A DNA stretch of 64,000 nucleotides, from contig CAYTPV010000007.1 in NCBI GenBank assembly GCA_964440115.1, positions 23,107-87,106 on the forward strand, read 5' to 3'. Made by a program: the position numbers and the translations under genes. This DNA comes from an uncultured Oscillospiraceae bacterium. GTDB taxonomy: Bacteria > Bacillota > Clostridia > Christensenellales > CAG-138. Positions within the stretch are counted from its first letter, which is position 1. Every line of letters starts with the position of its first letter. Positions 7,705-18,359 of this stretch are shown here, piece after piece. The notes beneath the pieces were generated by a model, which was not told where the DNA came from, made no database searches, and was given only the letters and a program-made list of their open reading frames with translations.

Positions 7705-8286
7705 TTATTCTATAACGCTACAGACTCTCCAGAATATTTTCCACATATCTTCCAACGTTTTGTCGTTAATACCTATTTTGTTAACAGCATTTTGCAGTAT
7801 CCATTCTAATATGCCCATAACAAATACATAATACAAATTACTAAATATGGTAGCTTCAGTTATATCTATCCCTTTGCTTAAAAATAGGTCCATAATAACA
7901 GAGTGTAATTGGCTGTTAAATCTAAGCATAACTTTACGCGATGCAATACTTAAATGGGCTTCTGAATTCACTATCATTAACTGTGTTCTTTTCAATAAAA
8001 GTAACCGGTCTAATGGTGATTCCCTCACAAATGTTTTAACAATCGCAAATAACGCGATTTCCAAAGATGTGCCAATATTTCCTTTTACGGTTATCTCAAT
8101 TTCCTGAAGATATTTGTTCATTTCATTCTCTAATATGGTCAAATATAATTGATCTTTACTTTTAAAATAATTATATAGAGTAGCTTTAGTAAGGCCAACA
8201 TCATCCGCTACGTTCTGTAAAGAACCGTTGTAACCCTCTGTGGCAAATAAATGTAACGCGGCATGATATATCTCTTGCTTTTTCAT
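7705..8286 (-). CDS. TetR/AcrR-family transcriptional regulator
   Basis: N-terminal HTH: ALHLFATEGY...VADDVGLTKATLYNYFKSKDQL. Confidence 0.9.
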   Translation of the reverse strand: MKKQEIYHAALHLFATEGYNGSLQNVADDVGLTKATLYNYFKSKDQLYLTILENEMNKYLQEIEITVKGNIGTSLEIALFAIVKTFVRESPLDRLLLLKRTQLMIVNSEAHLSIASRKVMLRFNSQLHSVIMDLFLSKGIDITEATIFSNLYYVFVMGILEWILQNAVNKIGINDKTLEDMWKIFWRVCSVIE

Positions 8287-8415
8287 TGTTCAAATATACT
8301 ATAAAATACCAATAGTATCAAGGATTTTTTGTCGAAGATTTTATTAAAGTTATACTCATATGTATCGAAATATAATACGACCAACTAGTTGATAGTAGTA
8401 AAAGGAGGGATCTAA

Positions 8416-8895
8416 ATGACAACAACTCTAGAAGTGCCCTTAGAGCAAGAGGACACTCAGCATGGACGGTACTTGACGTTTGCTCTCGATCAGGAGGAAT
8501 TCGGTATTGAGATCCGGCATGTCACAGAGATTATTGGTCTGCAGCCAGTTGCAACATTACCTGAAGCTCCAGCGTATATTCGAGGCATTATTAATCTGAG
8601 AGGTAAGATCATTCCTGTCATCGATATGCGTACTAAATTAAAAAAGAATGCAATTGAATATACAGATCGAACTTGCATTATTGTATTAAGTATTCAAGGA
8701 TTGTCCTTTGGCCTTATAGTAGATAGGGTAGCAGAGGTAATGAAAATTGAAGACGATCAAATAGTACCACCTCCCAATATCCATACAGGCCTTCAAAACA
8801 GTTACCTCCAAGGTGTCGGAAAGGCAAATGGACACGTCAAACTGCTGCTAGATTGTGAAAGACTTTTTTCAGAGGAAGAGACACTAGTATCTTAA
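8416..8895 (+). CDS. cheW: Chemotaxis coupling protein CheW
   Basis: YLTFAL, EIIG, GIINLRGKIIPVIDMR, GLIVDRVAEV motifs; AGGAGG RBS. Confidence 0.92.
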   Translation: MTTTLEVPLEQEDTQHGRYLTFALDQEEFGIEIRHVTEIIGLQPVATLPEAPAYIRGIINLRGKIIPVIDMRTKLKKNAIEYTDRTCIIVLSIQGLSFGLIVDRVAEVMKIEDDQIVPPPNIHTGLQNSYLQGVGKANGHVKLLLDCERLFSEEETLVS

Positions 8896-8944
8896 AGACT
8901 GTATATATAAATCACATTAATAATCAAATGAGGTTGTACAAATC

Positions 8945-10732
8945 ATGATTAAGTGGTTCAAGAATTCAAAAATATCTAAAAAACTCATTATTGCGTTTGC
9001 GGTTATGGCTATTCTTTCAGGCATTGTTGGTCTGGTCGGTATTACCAGTCTGCTTATTATTGGTCAGTCAGACAAAATACTTTATGAAGAAAACACCTTG
9101 GGCCTTGCTTACGCCGGAAACGCGCAGGTACTGTACCAAAATATCAGATTTAATGCGGTGAAATCACTTGTAGTAGAAGGAACAGATCAGGAAACTGCAA
9201 TACAGAATATAAAAGATCATAGCATGGAAGTCGAAAATTACTTAAAACTATATGAAGATGGTATTATAACAGAGGTTGATCGAACAAACTTTGATACTCT
9301 CAAACCATTATGGAATTTGTATAAGACAGATGTGAACAAGGCTATAGAACTAATACAAACGAATAAGCATGATGAAGCTGAACAGCTTATTATGGGCGAG
9401 ATGGCAACCACCGGCAATGGGATACAAAACTCATTTGATACCATATTTTCATATAATTCAGAGGGCGGGAAAATTAAGTCAGAAAATAATCAAAATCTCG
9501 TTATGACAGCAATCATTATTATGGTTGTTGTTATTATTGTAGCTGTCGGTTTAGCGATTATATTAGGGCTCTTTTTGAATTCCCTCATTGGCAAACCGAT
9601 AAGTATTATTTCCAAATTTGCAAAAATGTTAGCGCTTGGCAATGTTGAATTCGATAAGCTGATAACCGAAAATGACAGACGTATACTAACTTCACGAAAA
9701 GATGAAGTTGGCGATCTGGCAGACTCGTTTGAAAAAGTTATCATAAGCACACATGAACAAGCCAAGTGCGCTCAAAGTATAGCGGAAAATGACTTAACGG
9801 TCGAGGCTAAAATCAGATCCGGCAATGATGTGCTCGGAAAGAGTTTGTCGGATTTGCTCAATCAGTTAAGCCAAATCGTTGAAACAATTGTGGTAGCCGC
9901 CGACCAGGTTGCATCCGGCTCAAATCAAGTTTCTATGTCAAGTTCCGCGCTCTCACAGGGGGCCAGCGAGCAAGCTAGTTCAGTGGAAGAGTTGACGGCG
10001 TCACTTCAGCAAATTGCTGCACAAACCGCACACAATGCTCAAAACGCAGATACTGCAAGTAAGCTAGCGGCCAATGCGCAAGCCAACGCAATTGATGGTA
10101 ACTCCCAGATGCAGAATATGCTTAACGCTATGACCGAAATCAACAACGCATCGAGTAACATCAACAAAATCATCAAAGTAATCGATGACATTGCATTCCA
10201 GACAAATATCCTTGCGCTAAATGCGGCAATAGAGGCCGCGAGGGCCGGCCAGCATGGTAAGGGGTTCGCTGTCGTTGCCGAGGAGGTCAGAACTCTTGCG
10301 GCTCGTTCTGCAAGCGCTGCCAAAGAAATAACCGAGCTTATTGAAGACTCAAGAATAAAGGTGGGCCTAGGAACAAGCCTTGCTAATAATACAGCGGAAG
10401 CGCTTAACAAAATCGTTGATCAAGTTAAGGAAACAACCCAATTGGTGAACAACATTGCTGTTGCTTCCTTTGAACAATCCGCAGGTGTGGAACAGATTAA
10501 CCAGGGTATTTTGCAAATTTCACAAGTCGTTCAATCGAATGCTGCTACGTCTGAGGAAAGCGCAGCGGCTAGCGAAGAACTGTCTTCTCAAGCTTCACAT
10601 TTGAAAGAGATTGTAAGCATATTTAAGCTTAGAAAAAACATTAGTGTTCCGGAAAGTGCGTTTGTTAAGTCGACAACTCAACTCCAAACTAAGAGTTCTG
10701 ACACTATGCTGGAAGTGTTAAATAAGTATTGA
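8945..10732 (+). CDS. Methyl-accepting chemotaxis protein (4HB sensor, HAMP, signalling domain)
   Basis: Two TM segments, [12 protein letters not shown] motif, [34 protein letters not shown] hairpin. Confidence 0.95.
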   Translation: MIKWFKNSKISKKLIIAFAVMAILSGIVGLVGITSLLIIGQSDKILYEENTLGLAYAGNAQVLYQNIRFNAVKSLVVEGTDQETAIQNIKDHSMEVENYLKLYEDGIITEVDRTNFDTLKPLWNLYKTDVNKAIELIQTNKHDEAEQLIMGEMATTGNGIQNSFDTIFSYNSEGGKIKSENNQNLVMTAIIIMVVVIIVAVGLAIILGLFLNSLIGKPISIISKFAKMLALGNVEFDKLITENDRRILTSRKDEVGDLADSFEKVIISTHEQAKCAQSIAENDLTVEAKIRSGNDVLGKSLSDLLNQLSQIVETIVVAADQVASGSNQVSMSSSALSQGASEQASSVEELTASLQQIAAQTAHNAQNADTASKLAANAQANAIDGNSQMQNMLNAMTEINNASSNINKIIKVIDDIAFQTNILALNAAIEAARAGQHGKGFAVVAEEVRTLAARSASAAKEITELIEDSRIKVGLGTSLANNTAEALNKIVDQVKETTQLVNNIAVASFEQSAGVEQINQGILQISQVVQSNAATSEESAAASEELSSQASHLKEIVSIFKLRKNISVPESAFVKSTTQLQTKSSDTMLEVLNKY

Positions 10733-10992
10733 TCAGTAATACGGGAAGCTGGCATTTCCGTGCTAGCTTCCCGCCCTAAACTTGGGAAAAAAAATTCATC
10801 CTTTTATCATGCTTTCAAGCAATGAGGCTTGGATGGAAAGGGATATTATTAGCCAACATGCTTGAGCCACCATCGAACATGCTGTAAGGCACATCCTTTC
10901 CCGTTGGTATAGCTCCTTGTAAAGAGTAGCTACCTCATGGATATTACCGAAGCTTATCGGTGACCTAGATCTTTCCACCTGGGAGGCATATT

Positions 10993-11937
10993 GTGTTAAA
11001 TGATCAGTTTTTTACCGAAGTATATAAGCATTCCCCGATCGGTTTGATTATCCTTAATGAACAAACTGAGATCGTGGATGTAAACAAATATATGTTTAAG
11101 TTTTTTTCACTCAACGATCCTGAATATAGGGGAAGAAAGTTCGGAAACGTGTTTGGTTGCTCCATAGTTTCGGAAGAAGGTAAGGTATGCGGCGAAACTG
11201 AAGCGTGCCTTTTGTGCGATCTAAGAGGGGGCGTTCTTAGTGTATTGCATAAAGGCACTATGATTGAAGACACGACTATAAGTCACGCATTTGTAACAAA
11301 TCACATTCACTCGTTAAAGTGGTTCAAAATTAGCGCCAGTCTAATTAGTTCTGACGTGGGAAAATATTTAATTGTGTCATTTGCGGATATTACCAAAGAG
11401 AAGCAATATGAAGAAATGTTGAAACATGAACTTACTATCGATCAGGCAACCGGGACTATCAACAAGCATAATCTAATGGGAGTATTGATGGATTTGACCA
11501 AGTATGCCGGAAACTTCGATGTCTTATCTGTCGGCATTATTGATATGGATAATTTTAAAGATATTAACGACCACTTTGGGCATCTGAAAGGAGACGAAGT
11601 TTTATATAGTTTTTCGGAATTAGCCAGACAAGCTATTCGTAAACAGGATATTATCGGACGGTTTGGCGGAGAAGAGTTTATGTTCGTTTTTCCCGGTGTC
11701 AAAATTGGGCAAGCTGCCTCCATCATTCAACGCATTCATAACGAGTTTAGTGCAGCTTTTGTCGGGCAGAAAATTCAACGTGTTAGTTTTAGTGCGGGCT
11801 TTACTGAGCTAAGCATTTCAGATCTTTTTACAATGACAAAAGAAGAAATCATTGAAAGCGTTGATAGCTATCTTTATCAGGCAAAGCAATCTGGTAAGAG
11901 GAAATTCGTTTCAGATCATTTAACCGTATTACTATAA
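10993..11937 (+). CDS. PAS-domain diguanylate cyclase
   Basis: N-terminal PAS with Cys-rich insert; IDMDNFKDIND, RKQD I-site and GGEEF active site; GTG start after GGGAGG. Confidence 0.9.
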   Translation: MLNDQFFTEVYKHSPIGLIILNEQTEIVDVNKYMFKFFSLNDPEYRGRKFGNVFGCSIVSEEGKVCGETEACLLCDLRGGVLSVLHKGTMIEDTTISHAFVTNHIHSLKWFKISASLISSDVGKYLIVSFADITKEKQYEEMLKHELTIDQATGTINKHNLMGVLMDLTKYAGNFDVLSVGIIDMDNFKDINDHFGHLKGDEVLYSFSELARQAIRKQDIIGRFGGEEFMFVFPGVKIGQAASIIQRIHNEFSAAFVGQKIQRVSFSAGFTELSISDLFTMTKEEIIESVDSYLYQAKQSGKRKFVSDHLTVLL

Positions 11938-12005
11938 GTCTGAGAAGTTTTCATCAAGGATTGTTAATCTAACAGTATATTTCAGTGGCAGCGGAGGATT
12001 TTTAA

Positions 12006-15000
12006 ATGTACGAAACGGGTTGCTTTCAAAAGGACCTCTCAACAAATTATCCGATTTTTGAAAAAGCATTTGAAAATAACCCTTGCCCAATGGCGATCAC
12101 TGAAGTCGGCACCGGGTGTTACCTTCATGTCAATGATGCATTCTGCAAAATAACTGGTTATGATCGAGATGAGATCGTCGGTAAGACAATATTCGAATTA
12201 AACATTTTCATCAATGTCGAATCAAGAAAAGCGTTATTGCAGCAGCTATCGCAAAATGGATTGTTAAGTGAATATGAAGTTGAATTCAATACTAAGGGTG
12301 GCGCTATAAAGTACGGAGTGTTCTCAGCACATACAATTGAGTCCCAAGGTTATCATTTAATTCTCACGATAATAGACGACATTACTGATACTAAAGTCAT
12401 CAGTCATAGACTGCTCCAAAGTGAAACCGGTTATTTAGCCGCGTTTAATCAGGCTGCTGTTGGAATGTGTGATTTATCCCTAAACGGGCTGTTCATCCGT
12501 GCAAATAGAAAAATGTGCGAGATGCTGGGATATACTGAAGAAGAACTATTAAAACTTAATGTTAACGATGTTACGCACCCCGAAGACGAGGATAAGAGCA
12601 CCCAAGCATTTGGCAGTTTGGATTCAAACGAAAAAAATAGTATAACATTTGAAAAAAAGTGTGCCCGTAGGGATGGCTCTGTTCTGTGGGTTAATATCAC
12701 ATATTCAATTATTCGCGATGCTAATGGCATACCTTTATATATTAATGCGGTAATACATGATATTACAAAACGAAAATGTGCAGAAACAAAACTGGCAAGC
12801 GTAGAGTCTAATTTCAAAACCGTGTTTGAAACGATAGATGATCTTTTCTTTGTAGTTAATCTGAAAGGTATTGCTATATATGTAAACAGCATTGCTCTTA
12901 AGAAACTGGGGTATACCAGTGAGGAATGCAAAGGATTGAATATTTTAGATCTTCATCCAGAGCCATTTCGAATAGAAGCAGAGCAAATCTTCGCCGATAT
13001 GGTCGCAGGTAAGCAGAATAGTTGTGCTCTGCCTCTATTAAAAAAAGATGGTTCTTATTTGCCTGTCGAGACACGAATTTGGCTTGGCCAATGGGATGAC
13101 GAGCCGTGCTTTCTAGGGATTTCAAGGGATTCGTCGAAAGAGCAGGAAGCCCAACAGAAATTTAATAAGATATTTGAATATAACCCCGCAATAATGGCAA
13201 TTAGCTCAATTAATGGTATCTTTACTGACGTAAATCTAGCCTTTCTAAATACATTGGGCTACTTTCGTGAGGAGGTTATTGGAAAGACTGCCGCAGAACT
13301 AGAACTATTTAGTGAGCCCGAAAAGCTTAATGACATAAAAAACGAGGTTCTGTTGCATGGAAGATCCTATAATAATGAGCTAAAAGTGCGTACCAAGAGC
13401 GGGGATTTATTATATGGGCTTTTTTCAGGGGAAATTATTGAAAGTCAGGGCAACCGGCATTTCCTGTCGGTGATGAAGGACATAACTGAAATAAAAAGCG
13501 CCGAAGAAAAGCTCAGCAGTCTTAACCATGAACTAGTGTTAAAAAGTGAAGAAATCGAAGGTTTCTTCTCAGTTAACTTGGATCTGCTTTGCATCGCAGA
13601 TCAAAGTGGAAAATTTCTTAGGGTTAATAAGTCGTGGGAGAATATACTGGGTTATTCCTGTGAAATACTGGAGAACAGCAGCTTCCTAGATTATGTACAC
13701 CCTGAAGATATCCCTGCAACTTTAGATGCAATGTTCACACTTTCTGGTCAGAAAGAAGTAACGAATTTTGTTAATCGTTATAAAACAAAATGTGGCCAAT
13801 ATAGGTACATCGAATGGCGGTCCAAACCATATGCGGAAAAGATCTACGCAGCAGCACGCGATATTACTGATCATATACTGCTAGAAAATCAGCTAAAAGA
13901 ACAAAAAGAACAATTTGAATTAGCCATAAATGGAAGCAATGACGGTATTTGGGACTGGAATTTGAATACCAACGAACTCTTTCTATCAGCAAGATGGAAA
14001 GAGCTGCTAGGATATGCTGATAGTGAAATTGACAACCATTATGACTCATTTGCTTTGCTGCTGCATCCCGAAGACAAGCAAAATTTTGAAAAAGCAGTAA
14101 GCCATTACTTGAACAGTCATTTTAAATTATTTGACACCGAATTCCGAATGCTCCATAAAAACGGAAGCTACCGGTGGATATGGGCCAGAGGTGAGGCTAT
14201 TAGAGGAAGCGATGGCAAAATTAACAGAATGGCGGGTTCTCATACCGATATTACTGCTAAAAAAGAAGCCGAAAGAATAATACAAGACCGGGAAAGGTAC
14301 TTTAGGACAGTTATCCAAACTACACAGGACGGATTTTGGGTAATTGGAGAGGATCATCGGCTCACATATGTGAACGAAGCCTATTGTCGTTTATCCGGCT
14401 ATACAAAAGACGAATTGCTCAATCTTAATATAGAAAATTTAGAGATAAATGAGGCACCTGAAGAGGCAGAGCAAAAATTGAAAAGAATACTTATGAACGG
14501 ATCAGAGATATTCGAGACTAAACATCGAAAAAAAGATGGGACAATTATCGACGTTCAGATCTCTGCTTCTTGCATGTGTAAAGAACCACTTACCGTTATT
14601 TGCTTTTGCCGGGATTTTACGGAGCGCAAAAAGAAGGATGCGGAATTGGCTCATTTCAATAGTTTAATGCAATATATTATTGAGCATAATCGCAGCGCAG
14701 TAGCAGTTCATGATAAGAATCTGAACTATATGTATGTGAGTCGGCCCTATTTAGAAAGTTATCGGATTAGCGAACAAGAAGTGATTGGCAAGCATCACTA
14801 TGAAGTGTTCCCAGACCTACCGCAAAGATGGAGGGATGTACACCAAAGGGTACTGAAGGGAGAGGTATTAAGTGCAGAAGAGGATCAATATCAACGGCAA
14901 GACGGTACAGTAGACTGGACCCGCTGGGAATGCAGGCCGTGGTATGAAAGCGATGGTAGCATCGGAGGGATGATAGTTTACACAGAAGTGATAAACGAAC

Positions 15001-16436
15001 GTAAAAAGATGGAACAAATGATTTTTAATGAAAAAGAACAGTTTAGAACGACTTTGTTATCAGTTGGAGATGGCGTAATCGCGACCGATAATCAGGGAAA
15101 CATTACGGTTATGAATCCGGTTGCTGAGGAACTTACAGGTTGGAAGTTTGCTGAAGCAAATGGTAGTTCATTGGAACAGGTATTTAGAATTGTTAATGAA
15201 TATACATGGGAGGCTTGCGAGAACCCAGTAAAAAAAGCATTGGATTCTGGCAGTGTCGTTGCTCTTGCCAATCATACAATATTGATTTCAAAAAGCGGGA
15301 AAGAGGTACCTATTGAAGATAGCGCTGCCCCAATTAAGAATGCTTATAATGAAACAACAGGGGTTGTTTTGGTTTTCAGGGATTTTACTGAAAAACGAGA
15401 AAAGCAAAAACAAGTAGAGTATTTAAGTTTTCATGATCAATTAACCGGGCTATACAACCGCCGCTTTTTCGAAGAGGAATTGAAAAGACTTGACACAACG
15501 CGAAATCTCCCGGTTAGCATGGTTATGTTGGATGTTAACGGGCTAAAATTAATTAATGATGCATTTGGCCATCAATCCGGAGATAAGATGCTTAAAGTAG
15601 TTGCTGACGTTTTAAGAAAAGAATGCCGTGCCGACGATATTATTTCTAGAATTGGAGGAGACGAGTTTATTATTCTTCTGCCACAAACTGACGAAAAGGG
15701 AACTCATAGTCTTATTGGTAGAATTAAGAATGCCCTTTCGGAAGAACGTATTAAAGGGATCCAAATTTCGGTTTCATTTGGTTCGGATACAAAACATGAG
15801 TCTAATAAGACTAGTGACGAGATGCTAAAGTTTGCAGAAGATTGTATGTACCGTGATAAGATCTCGGACCGCAATAGCCAGCGATATGAAGCGATTCATA
15901 TGATAATGAGAACATTGCATGAAAAAACGCCAAGAGAAAGGCAGCATTCTTTCAGGGTAGGTAAGTTATGCGAAAAAATCGGCATAGCAATGGAATTAAA
16001 TCCAAATGAAATTAGTAAATTGACTACGGCTGCGGAGTTACATGACATCGGGAAAATTGCTATAAGTAACGAAATGCTGGATAAGACCGGGTCTCTAACT
16101 GATATAGAATGGCTCGAGATCAAACGACATCCAGAGGTGGGTTATAATATTTTAAGCTCAGCGAATGCATATGCACCATTGGCTGATATCGTCCTCGCGC
16201 ATCATGAACGCTGGGATGGACATGGATATCCTAACGAATTGAAGGGTGAGGCTATACCATTGATGTCAAGAATTATCGGAATAGCCGATGCTTATGATGC
16301 AATGACTGAAAATAGACCTTATAGAAAAGCTTTGAGTAAATCGCAGGCTATTAAGCAACTAGTTGCAGGCGCAGGAACACAATTTGATGCTGAATTGCTA
16401 AATGTCTTTGTTGATATAGTAAGTAAGGACATATAG
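12006..16436 (+). CDS. Multi-PAS (about 9) GGDEF + HD-GYP c-di-GMP enzyme
   Basis: Repeated PAS/PAC units ending in DIT/DFT; HDQLTGLYNRR, RADD-IISRI-GGDEF; LHDIGK and HHERWDGHGYP motifs. Confidence 0.92.
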   Translation: MYETGCFQKDLSTNYPIFEKAFENNPCPMAITEVGTGCYLHVNDAFCKITGYDRDEIVGKTIFELNIFINVESRKALLQQLSQNGLLSEYEVEFNTKGGAIKYGVFSAHTIESQGYHLILTIIDDITDTKVISHRLLQSETGYLAAFNQAAVGMCDLSLNGLFIRANRKMCEMLGYTEEELLKLNVNDVTHPEDEDKSTQAFGSLDSNEKNSITFEKKCARRDGSVLWVNITYSIIRDANGIPLYINAVIHDITKRKCAETKLASVESNFKTVFETIDDLFFVVNLKGIAIYVNSIALKKLGYTSEECKGLNILDLHPEPFRIEAEQIFADMVAGKQNSCALPLLKKDGSYLPVETRIWLGQWDDEPCFLGISRDSSKEQEAQQKFNKIFEYNPAIMAISSINGIFTDVNLAFLNTLGYFREEVIGKTAAELELFSEPEKLNDIKNEVLLHGRSYNNELKVRTKSGDLLYGLFSGEIIESQGNRHFLSVMKDITEIKSAEEKLSSLNHELVLKSEEIEGFFSVNLDLLCIADQSGKFLRVNKSWENILGYSCEILENSSFLDYVHPEDIPATLDAMFTLSGQKEVTNFVNRYKTKCGQYRYIEWRSKPYAEKIYAAARDITDHILLENQLKEQKEQFELAINGSNDGIWDWNLNTNELFLSARWKELLGYADSEIDNHYDSFALLLHPEDKQNFEKAVSHYLNSHFKLFDTEFRMLHKNGSYRWIWARGEAIRGSDGKINRMAGSHTDITAKKEAERIIQDRERYFRTVIQTTQDGFWVIGEDHRLTYVNEAYCRLSGYTKDELLNLNIENLEINEAPEEAEQKLKRILMNGSEIFETKHRKKDGTIIDVQISASCMCKEPLTVICFCRDFTERKKKDAELAHFNSLMQYIIEHNRSAVAVHDKNLNYMYVSRPYLESYRISEQEVIGKHHYEVFPDLPQRWRDVHQRVLKGEVLSAEEDQYQRQDGTVDWTRWECRPWYESDGSIGGMIVYTEVINERKKMEQMIFNEKEQFRTTLLSVGDGVIATDNQGNITVMNPVAEELTGWKFAEANGSSLEQVFRIVNEYTWEACENPVKKALDSGSVVALANHTILISKSGKEVPIEDSAAPIKNAYNETTGVVLVFRDFTEKREKQKQVEYLSFHDQLTGLYNRRFFEEELKRLDTTRNLPVSMVMLDVNGLKLINDAFGHQSGDKMLKVVADVLRKECRADDIISRIGGDEFIILLPQTDEKGTHSLIGRIKNALSEERIKGIQISVSFGSDTKHESNKTSDEMLKFAEDCMYRDKISDRNSQRYEAIHMIMRTLHEKTPRERQHSFRVGKLCEKIGIAMELNPNEISKLTTAAELHDIGKIAISNEMLDKTGSLTDIEWLEIKRHPEVGYNILSSANAYAPLADIVLAHHERWDGHGYPNELKGEAIPLMSRIIGIADAYDAMTENRPYRKALSKSQAIKQLVAGAGTQFDAELLNVFVDIVSKDI

Positions 16437-16976
16437 ACCATATTTGAGAATTATGACCCTTTAAGACCTATACTTATAGCCTCGGCTGATGCTTATAACA
16501 AGGAACGCCAACACCAATACGATGCTTGGGCTACAAAATGAGGCCGTCCCACGAAAAAATAAATTGACAGATTATATTAGTTTGCTTACGAAGTCTGAAT
16601 ATGCTGCCCACTTAAGCTTGCGGATCCAATCCTCACCTGCACCAGTGACAGTGCTTAGGCTCAACGGCACCCGCATAATCTGGGTTTGACCATTCTTCGA
16701 AGAACCATGATCTCGAATTGAAATATAATATTCTATACTGCAAATCAGAAGCCCAAACAGATTGAAAATATTCAAAATTCATACCATGGGGTTGAAATTA
16801 TTATACTAGATACAGGGGCTAAAGAGTTGTAAAAGAGATACCGGTAACAATTCGTCAATTGATTGAATAAGTCGGATTCTACTGCAGCGGTTCTCACGGT
16901 GAGAAAAACCAACTTACCCCAAAACAGACGGACAAAAATCTCTAAAGATGTAAATGCTCCCCGATAGCTTGTGTAA

Positions 16977-17573
16977 TCATGCTTCACTCAGTACGGCAAG
17001 ATATTTATCAAGTGTTGGACGGCTAATCCCGCAAATTCTAGCATAATCAGTTTTAGTAATACTACCAGATTGATACAAGTCCCAAGTTTTGATAACTTTA
17101 GCGGATATGTCCTTGATTCCTATTGTTGGTCTACCTAGCTTCACGCCTTTTGCCTTTGCATTTGAAAGACCACTCTTTACACGTTGGCTTATCATATCAC
17201 GCTCTAATTCGGCGAATACCCCTGCCATTTGAAGAAACGCTTTAGTCATTGGGTCTAGCTTTCCGACCGTGCAATCAATCGTGATGCTATTGCAAATAAC
17301 AAGTCGTATATGCTTATTTTGGCAAAGCTCAATAATGTCGCAAAGCTGCTTTGTGCTGCGGGTGATCCTACTTACTTCGGTTACAATAATTGAATCCCCT
17401 TCACCCACAGTATCCAATAGACGCTTTAACTGTAACCTGTTAATTTTTGTTCCACTCTCATATTCAAAGTAGATATTGTCTTTATCAACGCCTTGCGCTT
17501 TAAGTTGTTTTCGCTGATACTCTACATCCTGCTTTGTTTCATTGGTACTGCATCTGGCATATCCGTACAGCAT
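16977..17573 (-). CDS. Small serine recombinase (resolvase/invertase family)
   Basis: YGYARCST catalytic Ser motif, EVSRITRS, AELERDMISQRVKSGL, C-terminal HTH (GISRPTL). Confidence 0.92.
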   Translation of the reverse strand: MLYGYARCSTNETKQDVEYQRKQLKAQGVDKDNIYFEYESGTKINRLQLKRLLDTVGEGDSIIVTEVSRITRSTKQLCDIIELCQNKHIRLVICNSITIDCTVGKLDPMTKAFLQMAGVFAELERDMISQRVKSGLSNAKAKGVKLGRPTIGIKDISAKVIKTWDLYQSGSITKTDYARICGISRPTLDKYLAVLSEA

Positions 17574-18141
17574 GTTCCCTTATACTCCTTACATTTTCTT
17601 TTAGTATATACAAAAAGCAGAAAATGCAAACGAAAATATTGTAAACGAAATAAACGGATTTTGCCGCCATTTTTGCACCGCAATACGCTCTCTTTTATGG
17701 ATGTTGGAGTGTAAACGAAATCAAAGGTTTTTGATCCACACACGAACATACTCAAACGTAGTGGATGTACCCATACTGATAGTGTCTGTAGGGTCTATAC
17801 GAGCATTCAGAAAGTCATCCGCATGTTCAAAAAGAAAGGTTGGCCTTTAATCCGCGAAACCTATACCCGGATGGGGAGATAGAAAGTTGCGTATTCAAGG
17901 CTCCCCGAAAATTTCTCTATCCACCCCGCGCTTATTCCAATGGCAATACCCAACACAAAAGGGGCAATCCTGAAGCACTTCACAACTACCAAAAAAATAA
18001 CTGAAAACGTAAGAACTTTCTTATGATTTTTCAATACAAAAGAGTAGGGTAAGGCATTTATACCACCCCGCTATTTCATATCTGATTTTTCAAATAACAA
18101 TCTTATAAAAATGAATGAAATTTTAACTGTTGGCGCTTTAA

Positions 18142-18325
18142 TTAAACTCGATTGTAGATATAGACACCAGTATATTTCTGATTCCGCAATATCTCAAAAA
18201 TTGAATTCTTGCGAAAATCATCAGCGCGTTTTGTCTTATACCCACGTAAACGCAATTCATCAATCATTTCAGTGTATCGGCAACCATCAAGCGCCATTTG
18301 GTATATTAGCTGAATTATTGAGCAG
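18142..18325 (-). pseudogene. Fragment of a large serine recombinase (recombinase DNA-binding domain)
   Basis: IIQLIYQMALDG..RGYKTKR...SIFEILRNQKYTGVYIYNR matches the typical LSR recombinase domain; no catalytic domain present. Confidence 0.7.
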
Positions 18326-18359
18326 AACGAGGGTAGACAAGTCGAGGCGCTAAGCAGGG

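Noticed and set aside
16440-16987. Several 66-71-aa ORFs between the HD-GYP gene and the resolvase
   Set aside because: Overlapping, motif-free, AT-rich; probably decayed sequence.
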